Below, piece by piece: positions 25,067-38,204 of a stretch of 64,000 nucleotides of DNA; within the stretch, counting starts at the first letter, position 1, and each line of letters starts with the position of its first letter. Source of the stretch: Chara braunii (Eukaryota; Plantae; Charophyceae); contig BFEA01000010.1 of the NCBI GenBank assembly GCA_003427395.1, positions 5,945,725 to 6,009,724 on the forward strand. The letters are read 5' to 3'. The position numbers and the translations under genes are program-made. The notes below the pieces were generated by a model. It saw only the letters and a list, made by a program, of their open reading frames with translations, had not been told where the DNA came from and did not search any database.

Positions 25067-25461
25067 TTACTCTATGGGCCTCACTCCATAGGCCTCTCTC
25101 CACTACTTTCCAAATGTGCAAAACGAGAGTGAGAAAAGATACATAGCCATGATTTTTGTCATTTGTGCATGTGGAGAGTAGTGGAGAGATGCCCTATATG
25201 GCCACACTCTAGAAACACTCCCAAATTTAGTGAGCGTCTTTCTTTTGTTTGAAGTGCACTACGAGACAACACCAACCTATTTTGACAACCGGGACACTAG
25301 GCACACTCGTGAAAAAGAAAAGGAGCATCGTGGGTAGGACGGAGGACACTAAAAATCTGAAGCGTTGCTGGCTGTGAACTCTAAATGCTTCGCAAGTGCT
25401 CTTCGAGAGTGCTTTCTGACACCTTCCGAAGCGTGTTTTCGTGAGTTGGTGTTTAGAGTAA

Positions 25462-26087
25462 GAGTCTTGCTGCATTACTCTACTTCATGCAAATTCGGAG
25501 AGTTATGCATTGCTGCACGAACTTTCCGCTCGACCCGTGGAAAAAGTCTCGATAGTTGTCAGGAAGCGCGAATGCAAACCACTCTCCGAGAATGGAGAGC
25601 GTCCAGCCTCCAACAACGGTTTTTTGGATACTCCTCAGCGGGAACCTCCATCTTGCTCCGAATCAGAGAGTACGCCTTCAACCGCGACCGACAAAAAACT
25701 AACACCTTGGTGTCACATGCTATCCATACGCTCTCCGATTCGGAGAGTGCTGTGTGTCCCCTTCACGGAATTGTGGGGAAGAGTCCCGCCGCACCAGACA
25801 CGAAATGTAAACCACCGCAGTTTTTTATTGTTTCTTCTAGGATCGGATACCTTCCGCGTGGGACCATTGGTGGGGACCTTGATGGACCGGTCGATGCCGC
25901 ACTCTCCAAAAACCACCGTCGCTGCACTTCACTCTCCACTCGGTCTCCGTTTTTCAGAGAGTACACAGAGAGTAGAGCGTGGAGAGTAAGTGCAATGATT
26001 ACGATTAATCCGAGAAATCGGAAAGTCTGACAACTATCCACGTACTCTCCGATTTCCTGGAGAGTGGAGAGTAGTGCAACGAGACCC
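25462..26087. mobile_element. Harbinger-type MITE with TAA TSD
   Basis: TAA-GAGTCTTGCTGCATTACTCT ... AGAGTAGTGCAACGAGACCC-TAA; imperfect TIRs. Confidence 0.65.
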
Positions 26088-27385
26088 TAAGTGGAGCGAG
26101 GCATTACTCATGAAAAGTTTAAAGTCTATAGTAGTAGAGCGAGGTCCATGCTCTTCTTTTTATGATTTCATGGTTTTTCCTTGTTTATGCCTCGTTTCTC
26201 TATAAAATATTAAACACGTAACTGGACAACACATGGACCAGATACATTTCCACACATCCATCACAGTGAATGTATCGGGACCATTCTGAACACCGACATG
26301 GAGCATCACCACACCACTCTCAAATCTCGAAAAATGTGAAAAAATGAGAATGAACTTTCTGTTAGAACATGGCCAGATGCACCCGCCATAGTTTTGTCAT
26401 TTTCACATTTCGAGAGTTATGCGGCGAGGCTCATGTAGACGATTGTGTAGTGGAGGTCATTCCCAGCACCAACATTTGGAACGTTGCGTAGTGGAGCGAG
26501 ATCCTTGTTTTTACCTTCATCTCTCGTCCTTCTTTTCTTCAGTTTTTTTTTTGTCTTTTGGATAAGGCCAGACTAAGCTGGCAAAAACGCGCCCTTACCT
26601 TTCTTTTGTTGTCAGCCTCGCTGCACTATTCTTCAAACGTGAAAAATGAGAATGAATCTTCAGTTAGAACATAGAAAGATGCACCGCCATATTTTTTTGT
26701 GTTTTGTGCATGTGTAGAGTACTACAGCGAGACCCATAAATTAGAGAAAAATGACACTTTTCGCATCAGCGACGTCGTCACTAGCGCCCGTGGGGTTCGG
26801 CCCGACTTTCTGTCTGAAAATGTGGATACGAAAAAATGTCAAAAGGTGCTCCATTGTAGCTTCGCTAACAACGTAGAGCGACGTCCTTCGGAGGACAATT
26901 TCGACGATATAATGAAGATTTCAGATGACACACAAAAATCTAGACGAGGAGTCTCGCTGCACTACTCTCCACTCTCCGAATTCGGAAAGTTTTTATACTT
27001 GCACTAACCATCAAATTCCACTTGTTAAAAGCCTTCGAAGACATTGAGTCTCGCTACACTTCTCTCCACTCTCTTAATTTGGAGAGTTTTTCATCTTTGC
27101 ACTAACTATCAATTCCACCATCCAAAAATTCTTGGATAGTTGTCAAAAACCTCCTTTGAAAAACAGTCTCCGTTGGTGGAGAGTGTCCAGCCTGCAACGC
27201 TGGTTTTTCGTATGGACCTCTGACGGACTTTCTAAAATGCTTCCAATTTGGAGAGTGTGCCTCGAGTTTGGGCGGACAAATGCAAATCCAGTTGCGTCCT
27301 TTAGTGATATCACGGTGCCTGTTAGCGTTGTCGAACGCATGAGTCTCGCACGGGGACGCTCCCGGCCTCGTCACGCAGGATTTGT

Positions 27386-27890
27386 GGCAATCCAACTTAG
27401 TACAATGCCCAGTCTCCCTGAACTGTTTAAAGTAGCCAAGTTATATATATCTTTTTGCACTTAGTCTTTTAAGGTAGCGTAGGACCGAACCATTTAACTT
27501 AGAATCAAATTTCAACCTGCCCCATCATACCACCAATTATTCTTAATTGATACTCTTTTCATTTGTGATAAGCTATAGTCGGCCCATCCAACTTAGAAAC
27601 AATATCTGACTAGCCTGTTCGTAAAATAAAATAGTAACAAGATATAAGCAAATTTAACAACTTTATCATTTGGTTCCAGCATGTGTGTGACTTTAGACTA
27701 AGTCATCCAACTTAGAAACAATTGTCCGGTCCTCCGCCTGATCCTCCATCAGAATTAAAAAAAAGAAGTTTGAGTCGTCCAACTTAGGAACAATTGCTCA
27801 AACTCCCTTTCTAAAAAACAAAGGAAACATTAGAAACGCTGAAATAAACCAAGACGACCAAACCATCAAACTTATGAACAATGCCTTTCT
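27386..27890 (-). repeat. Diverged second copy of the stem-loop array (six units, AACTTA loops)
   Basis: Loops at 27394, 27496, 27590, 27709, 27781 and 27869; spacers are colinear with 16130-16690 (e.g. GATAAGCTATAG...CTGACTAGCCTGTTC). Confidence 0.8.
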
Positions 27891-28683
27891 TCCTTAGCAT
27901 GGAGAAATTAATGCGTTTGTTTGAGGAAAAGGAGGCCGCGCGATGGGGAAGGGGCAAGTTCAGGCCCGTAAGTCCATGCCAGTAAACCAAACACTTGGAC
28001 AATGAAAAATGCATGGCTGCAGAGAAAAAACAATCACATTGGATTTTGCTCAAGAAGGACAGAATTGACCTTTATGTCCATATGGAGCAGCCGGTTGGTA
28101 GAAGGCCGTGGAACTGAAATGAAAGAAAAAAAAAAAAAGAAAAAGAAACAGAAGAAATGGATCACCAGTAATCCACATCCCAATCCCTAGGAGTGGATTG
28201 CTGGACAGTACCTTCAAGCCTCTTAAGCGAGTATGAACCTGGGTAGCACCCCGTACGCGTACGTATTCCGGCAACTTTAAAAGAATAAACATTCAAAAAA
28301 ATACTTTTGAATAGTTGTTCAACTATTATGATAATTTTACCTTTTTTTTTTTTTTTTTTTTTTCCAGTTTTTTTTTCGATCGAGTTTGGTTGGAAATTCG
28401 GGGATGACTCCCAGGCAAAGGTTGTTTGTATCATGTTTCTGCATAACATCAAGCCTCTTGAGCGAGTATGGACCTGGGTAGCACCCCGTACGCGTACGTA
28501 TTCCGGCATACCCGTACGAACCCAAAATCAGGCGTACGCATACGAACCCAAAATCGCATATATGCGTACGTTAATAAAAACAAAAAAAAGAAACAGAAGA
28601 AATGGATCACCAGTAATCCACATCCCAATCCCTAGGAGTGGCTTGCTGGACAGTACCTTCAAACCTCTTGAGCGAGTATGAAC

Positions 28684-29339
28684 CTGGGTAGCACCCCGTA
28701 CGCGTACGCATTCCGGCATACCCGTACGAACCCAAAATCAGGCGTACACATACAAACCCAAAATCGCACATATGCGTACGTTAATAAAAACAAAAACAAA
28801 ATCTAAAAAAAAGTATGCTGTGCAGAATGATAATACAAATTTACAATGCCTTTTTAAACGCCGGGAACACGGCCCCGTGTCCCTTACAAAATTAGGTGGG
28901 GCCCTCAGTGGGCAAGGCATCATCAGCCAAGCACATCGAGGGCACCACTAGATTTCACCCCACAGCCAACTCCACAACAAACTTCACAGCCCCGACAACT
29001 GAAAAGTCAAACAACTTTTGCCTGGAAGTCGTACCCGAATTCTCAACCTAGTTCAATTCAAAAATCAACAACCTTAAAAACAACTTTAAAAGAATAAACA
29101 TTCAAAAAAATACTTTTGAATAGTTGTTAAACTATTATGATAATTTTACCTTTTTTTTTTAGTTTTTCAGTTTTTTTTTTCGATCGAGTTTGGTTGGAAA
29201 TTCGGGGACGACTCCCAGGCAAAGGTTGTTTGTATCATGTTTCTGCATAACATATACGTGTATGCACGTACGTGTCGCATACAGGAATACGTCTTCACGT
29301 ATACGCGCAGCCCGCGTACGCGTACGCTGTGCTACCCAG
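28684..29339. mobile_element. hAT-type MITE
   Basis: 11-bp TIR CTGGGTAGCAC/GTGCTACCCAG; 8-bp TSD GTATGAAC at 28676-28683 and 29340-29347; CGTACGCGTACG subterminal repeats. Confidence 0.85.
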
Positions 29340-29444
29340 GTATGAACTGAAATTGGGTTGACTTTTGATGATGTGCAATACAGCCCTCCCCTAGACACAA
29401 AGTGGCTGCACACAAGGGCCTATTTAAGCCAAATCTATCAGAAC

Positions 29445-30433
29445 TGCGAGGAACGAGCCCTCACGGGGCCCCTATCAGACATCCACATGTCCCGGCCAGA
29501 GGCCCCCAGCAACCAAGTGCCCGCCCTAAGTGAAGGCGGGCCTGAATATTCATCAGAGGCCAAAATTCAACATTTTCATATGGGTATTCAGGCTGTTGCG
29601 GCCCGCCAGTTGGTTGAATAGACGCGTGAGCCTCACTAATCTGCGTCGTACAGTTGGCCCAGGTAACATAGCAGGGCCGATACATCATGAAGTGGCCACC
29701 GCCCTAGGCAAAAGCAGTACTGTCAACGTACCTACCCCGGGGTCCTGTGCAAATGCAGCAAACGGCCCAAGTCCAGAGACTCAGGCCGTGCCCAACTGTA
29801 AACGGCCCAGGCCCTCAACTGTAGTCTCTGGCCTGGGTGCAGGAACTGGGGGCCACCAGGAAACTACTGGAAGCTTCCAGCCAGGCCACACGCAACATTC
29901 AGGAGGCTGCCACTTCCATATAGGAAGAGAGGCAGCCCAGGCCAGGCATTCTGGCCTACGCGGGCAATGCGGTCACTCTGCTGCACGGCTGCATTGGATG
30001 CAGCGCTAAGGCTAGTGCGCTGGCGGGGCGCATTGAGGTGAGGAGGTGCGCTGCAAGGCAGCGATGTGTGGGTTATCAAGGTCTGATGAGGGTGACGAGA
30101 TACGTACCTGGTGCATGAAGAGAGGTTGGCTATGGTGTTGACATCGTGTACATTGATCTTCGAGAGTCGAAGTGAGCCTGTTGCATGAACACAGCTGTAG
30201 GTAGGATAGTTCAGTGGGGTACGCTAGGCGCTGGGCAGTGGGCGCCAGACAGAGAGGAGTGACTTTGGCTACTGTGTTGGTGTGGCCTGACGGCCTGAAC
30301 GTTGGCTCATTACTTCATTGTATTGCTCTAATTGGATGGATTCTCGGTGCAATTGTGCTCTCTGCTTGTACACGACTACTTTGACATCTGTGTGATTTCA
30401 CACTGTATATCGTTCACACTCGTATTCCTTGCA
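29445..30433 (+). repeat. LTR 1
   Basis: TGCGAGGAA...TTCCTTGCA termini, followed by tRNA-iMet-type PBS TGGTATTGGAGC at 30437-30448. Confidence 0.9.
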
Positions 30434-33284
30434 ATTTGGTATTGGAGCTGGTTCGTGATCGCCGCTTACCTGGCACCGGCGACATTGTTACTTGGTGCGT
30501 TGAGATGCTTCTCTGCAGTAAGGATACATTGACGCTGGTTTGATATAGTGGGGCCCAGGTAGAGGGGCCGACCGCTGGAAGGCTGTGGCGACAGCTTGGG
30601 AGCTGTGGCGACAGCGGATGTATGTATGGTGATGAGAGCATGCTGATTGTGGCATTTTGGTTGAGGTGGCACTGCATCGCGTTGTGGGTGGTAACGAGGC
30701 TATGACCGGTCATCGAAATACACGTCAACTCAATTGGTGATAAATCTGTGGTTCGGGGCAGCTATCTCCAGGTTTGTTATTCCCATTCCTTATCTACCCT
30801 CTCAATCTCTTCTTACCGCGAGGAAGTGAGTCCAACCTTGAGTGTCCTCTCTTTTGTGTGAGTCGTGTGCGCTCTACCTTGAGAGACGACATTCTTCCCG
30901 GTGGCGCATCTGGCAGGAGAGGGCGGTGCCTTTGAAGGGCCCTGGTCGAAGCACGGGTCACGGTCACCATACCAACCTACGGAAGTCATACACACAGACC
31001 ATGTTGCTTTTTCCTTTGAGGCTCTTTGCTGCGCTGATAGAAGGGGTGTGCAGACTGACAATCCTATACAGACGCTCCCAGACCGTCTATAAATATTTCT
31101 GGTTGGGGTCTGAACTGTCCACTGGCTGTGATAGTCGTCCTGATTGCGACGTTAAATAATTATTGAGGACTCTTGGGGGCTGTCCTTATTGCTTCTTGAT
31201 CAGCCAGATCAGTCAGACGTAAGGCTCGTTGCACGCGAGCATAAAGAACGGCCAGGCTGGTCATAAGCATACACCTTGGGCACAGGGGTGGGCCGTTAAT
31301 GGACACCTTAGACACTGCCATGGGATGATGCTCACAGACACGTTTGGATACAGGGGAAGGAGATTCCAATTGAGGACTCAACTGGCAAACACTATTGTAC
31401 CCACTGTGCATACATCTGCTCACTATAGTCTTGCCCGATAATTATTATTTATTTATTTTTAGCACCGGCCAGACGCAAGCTGCGGTAGGTTCCAGCGAGA
31501 GTCCTAGTGCGGTAGGTTCCAGTGAGAGTCCTAGTGCGGTAGGTTCCAGCGAGTGTCCTAGTGCAGACAGCATCTGCCTAGCCGATGGGTGGATCAGCCG
31601 AGGGTGAGGGTACAACTGACGATAGGAGGCAGACACGACAGGACACAGGCAGAATACCCGTAGTGTTCCAGTTTCTACTACCAGGGCACAAAAGAAGACT
31701 AAGGGCCGAAGCAAGGGCCCGTAATCTAGAGACTGCAAAAGAGGCAGCAACAACTGTAGAACGGGCGTTGGCAGCAGCAGCTAGCGCGGTAGCAATGGCT
31801 ACCTCTTCAGCAACTTCTGCTGCAAACTCAATTGGTTAGGTTCTGGGCATGCCGCTCAACTCGACCAGTTCACAATCCATCTCCAATACGTCAGGAGCTG
31901 GCTCTAGTCACATGACAGACGTGTAGTCCAGCTCGCGATAGAGAGGATCCGCTTAAGGCTGGAGGAAGAACTTAAACAGGCCAATAAAAGAGAGAAAGGG
32001 ATTAGAGATAGGCGTGTCAGATTAGAGGGCAGGGAGGCAGACAAAGCTGCACTAGAAAGGTTAGATGACTCGACCCTTAACGACACCTGAAAGATTCTTA
32101 AGGCGAGCATCCTGTCCATGCAAGTGTATATGGATAGCAAACTGGACCCTATCCGGGACACCCTGCACCAGATCCTGAACGCCATGCACAGGCCAGGAGT
32201 CAGGCCAACAGCTTTGCCATCACTGTCATTCTGAGCGATGACAGGCCCGTATCCGCCTCAGTCTTGACCAACACCAAGCGGTACATCCACAACAGTCATG
32301 CTTCATCTTTTGGTCCAGCAGTTGGTGCTACACCCTAGCCGCCACCTGTCTCACAAGCAGGACAACAGTAACCTTGGTACCCCAGCCGCCACCTGTCTCA
32401 CTGAAGCCACCCGCCACCTTCTCAGGAGATAAGAAGGAGAAGGCTCTCAACACACATGGTTGAGAACGGTTCCAGTGTGGGTCAGGGGGAAGAGGATGCT
32501 GGTAGAGGAGGAGGTGATAACTGCTGCATCCTACTTGGCTTACAAGGGATTCAAGAAACATGGGTGATTGGGCCAAGACCCACACCCTAAAAAGTTTTAT
32601 GCATTTGCTAGAGGCGTGGTGGCACAACCCTTAACAGGCGCAGATAACCACTGATAGGTTATTGAAACTTGATGCTAGGAAGTACAAGTCCGTGCGCGAA
32701 CTCACCACGGCCGTAGAACGTTTGATTGTTGTCCCAGGCATGGAGTACACTCCACAGGTTTTGATGACCATGTTCTTGAGATGTCTTCCCACAGACATCA
32801 AGAACTTATTAGCCAGCGAGGTTCGACTAAAGTATCACACTTTTGAGACCTTCAGCAAGAAGGCCCTAGATTTAGAGGCTATGTTGGGTGGTGCTCAACC
32901 CCCCCCTACGGACGGGAGAAAAAGAAAGGTTCCGCAAGAGTGAAAGAAAAAGAGTAGTCGATTGATAATGGTTGATTCCGAAGGGAATCAAGCTAAGATC
33001 GATGATATTTCTGACCTTGTGGAGAGTTCAGAGTTAGACGGCGAGGATAGCGTTGATGGTAGCAACATCGCAGCGGTAGTCAAAACCAAGGTAGGTCGCC
33101 ACAGCAAGGGCGGTCAACAGAGGAGTCAGGGACAAACCGCAAACCCAAACAACATAGCTGCTTGGGTTAAAGCCGATTTGGACCAAGATGTGTGGCGGGA
33201 CCGTTGGCAGCGAGGAGCCTACATAAACTGTGGCGAGTACAACCATCAGCAGTTTAAATGCAGAAACTCAAAAGGTCGCGCAAA

Positions 33285-34325
33285 ACAAAGTTCGCAACTG
33301 GGATTTTTAGGAATACTTGTCCCTGACCTAACCACACCCACCTTGAAAACCAACCACCCATACCCACTGTATACCTGACCTGTCGGACCCTTTACCTATC
33401 CCCACCTGCTAAAAAAGAAAAAAATATACCCAAACCTATCGTACGTGAACCTCTTCAGCATGTAACTGGCCATACCTACCCATGAACAATTTTTTTCAAA
33501 ACCACTCATAGCTACAAGGACCCGAAGCGTTTGTTAACCACCCATACCTTACCCTACCGTCACAAGATTAACATGATACTTTTTATTTTATTAATATTAT
33601 TATTTTATTTAATGTTTTTCGAGATGTGCGGCAACAACAACAGTTGTTACATCTAGTCACTCAGATGCTGCTATGGATGCATCTTGTGCTACAACAACCT
33701 ATGAAACCTGTATAGCATCTGCAAATGCAACAACCCTCGGTCTGTCGCAAACACATACACTCTCTCTCTCACACACACACACACACATATATTACATACA
33801 CAGGGTGACACACATATGAAAATAGTCTAAAAATTTGAAAAACCAAAAATTAAAAAACAAATAGATGTACAATTCACCCTTGCGAGACAAAATGTTTGCT
33901 TCATGGAAAAGCGAGAAATTATGTTTGCCTCATGGGAAAGCGAGAAATTTGGAATATGAAAAAAGCGTCACGCTTGAGCAAAAACACAAAGTCTGCAAAC
34001 CTACAAGGCTACAACACTCAGATCGGGTATACCACACTTACCCGATGGGAACCTCTATCTGACCGTACCTACCCCTTTTTTTTTTTGACCNCCCGNACCT
34101 GTCCNCNCCCGTNTNTTTTTTTCTTTTTCTGGCCNCCCATACCTTTTTTTTTTTTTTTTAACTTCTACCCCTATCTGCCCCTACCCACCCATGATCTTCA
34201 AAAAGGGCAACATTGTCCGCTCTAACAACCACCACCTTTAGTTTATGCCTGCGAAGAACTACTCCTTCAGAAGGGGTACCCAAACGGCCAGGTACGGGCA
34301 ACGATTACCCGTTTGCGCTCTCTGA
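33285..34325. mobile_element. hAT-MITE-like fragment inserted in gag-PR
   Basis: Absent from the paralogous segment at 43720-43750; ACCC(G)TACC-type repeats; right end reads CAGAGAGCGCAAACGGGTA on the minus strand. Confidence 0.5.
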
Positions 34326-36235
34326 CGCAGAAGTTCTTTCCTAAGGGTCGGTATGCTTCTTCTCAATCTTGGGCCTCTACTAGCTCCACCTCGGGAAGCA
34401 CCTACGACCAGTAAAAGTTGTAGCTGCTTCTACTATTGTTGAAGCAGGCGATATACCCTCCCCGTTTCAAGCGTTGGCTGAAGCTATTGACTACTTAGTC
34501 ACCCCGTAGACGCATCCGGACCCAAGCATACCCTGTGCGTTGGATCTGTCTGAAGCCTTAGAGGACCTTCAAGGTGAGTGGTCGGCAAGGGACCCTTGTG
34601 AGTTTTAGGTGGCACTAAGTCGAGGTCCTAGAGGGGAGCATTTCGCTATGGAAGTTGGTGTGGATGGCCGCAAGCGTGGTGCCTTTGTAGATATCGGCTC
34701 CATGCGAAACTTCATAAGTCGCAACCGCGTTGAAAGACTGTGCCTAAAGGACTGTATGCAACGCCCGATAACATCTACTTTGGCCAACAAAGAGCACACG
34801 ATGGTGGAGGACTACGGTAGTATCTACTTTGGCCAACAAAGAGCGCACGATGGTGGAGGACTACGTTAAGGATATGGTCTGCACTTTCTCCTATCCAAAA
34901 GGCGAACTTAATCATAAAATTTCATTCCTGGTGAGCGACGATTTGCCTTTCGATATGTTGTAAGGCATGTACTACCTCGAGGTTGCCAAGCCCCAGTTTG
35001 ACTGGGACAAGAAGGTGCTAAAGCAGAAGTTGCCTAATGGGAGAACCGTTAGACTGGCTAAGTACAAAGCCAGTAGGTTAATCGACTCCTATGGGTGCCT
35101 ATCCGCACCTATGTTCCATAATTATTACAAACAGAACCAAGAGGAAGGTACATACCTAGTCTATGTCACCGAGAGAGGGGAGGACGTTAAAACATCCCTA
35201 GAGATACAAAATACCGTCGCTAAGTACCCTGATCTGTTTGAGGAGCCAAGAGTCGTAGACAGGAAGGGTTGTTCATGCTATAGAAATCATCTCAGGTAGC
35301 AAAACACCTGAAGAGAGAATCTATAGGATAACACCGGCCGAGTTGGACGAGCTGCGACGACAACTGAAAGAGCTCACAGAGAAGCGATGGATACGGCCTA
35401 GCACCTCCCCCTTTGGCTTACCAAGTATTATTTGTCCCAAACAAATAAGGAACACCTCAATGCCATCACTACCATACATCGATGACTTATTGGATACGGT
35501 GCAAGGATAAGACCAGAGGATCAACACAAAAACGAATTTCATACCAGGTACGGACTGTACGAGTTTATGGTGATGCCCTTTGGCCTTTGCAAGGCTCCGG
35601 GTACATTCCGACTCGCCATAAATAGAATCTTCCATGACTACTTAGATAAGTTCATCGTCGTGTACCTCGATGATATACTTATCTTCAGCAAGACTGTCGA
35701 GGACCATGCTCAGCATGTAGACAAGGTGCTTTCACTCCTTTAGCAACACAAAAATAAGGTAAACTCAAAAAAATGTGAGTTCGGTCCCACTCGAATCTTG
35801 CACTTGGGTCATGAAGTCTACGCAAATGGGATTAGGCCCGAAGGTGCGAAGGTGGCTAGCATACGTGACTGACCACGACCCAGTCGGTGATTGAGGTTAT
35901 ATCATTTTTGGAAATGTGTGGTTATTACCACAACTTCGTTAAGAACTATAGCACGATCACATCTCCCTCGACTTATCTAACTCGACTTGATTTCCCATGG
36001 GAATGAACCGACGAGTGTGAGGCAACTCCCAAAAGTTTCAAGCATGCACTCGTGCACCATGAGATTCTCATGATACCGGATCCTCAAAGGTCGTTTGTTG
36101 TAACCACTGCGCAAGTCAATACAACATCGGTGCAGTGTTCCACCCATAAGATGGAACTGTATGCCCTCAACAAGGCACTTGTCCACTAGAGGCACTATTT
36201 GTTAGGAAGGATCTTCTATTTGAGAACTGACCATC

Positions 36236-36474
36236 TGAGAATTACCATTTATTCTTGACTAATTTGCACAAGAATCTTAAACTTCAAACCAATCATTTTC
36301 ATGTTTTAATTAACAATTATTTGAAAGAAATATATAGTTTTAATAGAAAAAATATTCAATTGCGTGTAAACAGGCAAAGTATTAGTCCAATTACAGTAAT
36401 AACTAAAGGTAAGATTAGTACTATTTCATTGCAAAAAAGAATCGAATTTACTAAGCTACTGAAAAATTTGCAAT
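36236..36474 (+). other. AT-rich filler insertion in RNase H, probably organellar coding DNA
   Basis: Splits ACTGACCATC|CCCTCAAGTGG (continuous at 45174-45197); open N/K/I-rich frame LTNLHKNLKLQ...EFTKLLKNLQ. Confidence 0.5.
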
Positions 36475-38204
36475 CCCTCAAGTGGATCAAGACACAACCG
36501 GTTCTCTTCGATGCACTCAAGCGCCGGATTGAAGTCGTAGATCAATATGATTTCAAACTAGACTATGTGAAAGGAGAGTACAAGGTTGCGGATGCATTGT
36601 GTCTAGGGCAGATTACCTAGGTGCGTTGATTTATGAATTTGACCTTTCTAAGAACGTTACTTAGTCCTTGGGGGAAGCCTACAAGGAAAACCCTATCACG
36701 ACGGACATCATCAACAAACTAGAGGCCAAAGACAAGGCCACCACTAATGAGTTTGTGATGGTGGATGAATTACTCTTCCTTGAGAAGGCAAGGTTTCAAA
36801 GGTTAGTTGTTCCATCCAGCGAGATTTTGCGCATAGTTTGTTTTTAGGTGGGTGTCACGACGCAACACGACATTTCATCTATAAAATTACTAGTGTTAAT
36901 TTAGTACAACGATTCTGGCGGCCTAACATGCTTGGTCGATGCAAAAAAGTATGTATAGGCTTGTTAGGTCTGTCAACTGGACAAGCCGCGTACTCAAGCT
37001 CCGCTTGGGTTACTAAAGCCTCTACCCATCCCTTCTGGTCCGGAGCAAAGTATCTCCATGGACTTCATGGATACCCTCGTGCCCAACAAAAGTGGCAAGA
37101 GACATTTTCGTCATAGTTGATAGTTTCACTAAATTTGCTAGACTAATTGTCATGCCGAAGACTGTCAGGACTGAACACGTCATCAAGTTACTCATGGATA
37201 AATGGGTGCGTGACTTTGGACTGCCAAATATGATCGTTAGTGATAGAGATGTGTGTTTCATAAACGAGATGTGGAAGAAGGTCACTGAATAGATGGACAA
37301 CCAGCTCCAAATGACTTCTGGGAATCATCCCCAACCCCATGGGCAAGATGAACATATGAATCGGTTGGTGCAACATTTGCTGAGGCATTATACTAAGCCC
37401 TACCAGGATGACGGGAATGAGAAATTACCTCTCATCGCCAGTTTGTACAAATAATGTTGTACACAACACCATCGGGGTCAACCCGAATCAGCTGCGCCTG
37501 GGGTGGAAGCCTAGATCTACACTAGACTTCCTCCTTCCTGAAAAGCGACCTGCTGCAACTCCTGAAACCATCGAGTTTGGTGTCCGACATGAGAAGTTGT
37601 TGCAGCAAGTTGTCGAGAACATCAAGAAGTCTTAGGAAACAATGATTGCTTCCGAGAAAAAACATCGCCAACAGTCCACATTTCAGGTAGGGGAACGTGT
37701 CTGGGTTAACGCTAGTGAACTGGGACAGGAGTTCGGCGGCTCTAGGAAACTAATGCCTCAGTACTTCGGTCCGTGAAAAGTTCTTGGATATTGTGGGCAG
37801 TGAGATGGATGGTCCCTCGTACGTTATCCGTATCCCTGGTCACTTATGCACTCACCTTGTGTTTCATGCCTCAAAGCTCGCTCCTTTGGCCGAGACAGAA
37901 CAGTTCCATCAAAGAGATTTATGCTGCCTCCAACCATGGATGACCACGTGGACGTTGACGATATCTTGGAGCACAGAGACACGCATGTTCCCAAGCCAAC
38001 TGGAAGGGGTATACCGCCTAAATTTCTAAGGGAGTACAAAACTTGGTTAAGGCATCATACTGATCCGAAGGAAGATCGGTGGTTTACCAGGGAAGAGCTG
38101 GTCTAAACAACTCCTCAGATCATGGCCGAGTCTGAAAGGAAAGTGAAGGGGAAGGCACCGACATGAAGCATCTCAGTGGACTTTCGAAGCTAAGAGGGAT
38201 GGAA

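Larger units (their letters stand above)
31920..38165 (+). pseudogene. gag-pol remnant of internal copy 1
   Basis: Zn knuckle INCGEYNHQQFKC, protease AFVDIGS, RT VYLDDILIF, RNase H TDH..LKW, integrase SMDF..L and chromodomain-like VDDILEHR..RWFTREEL; many stops. Left boundary approximate. Confidence 0.88.

Noticed and set aside
30083-30102. CTGATGAGGGTGACGAGA in the LTRs as a minimal hammerhead
   Set aside because: GAGA rather than GAAA, no stem II, and LTR3 reads CTGACGG.
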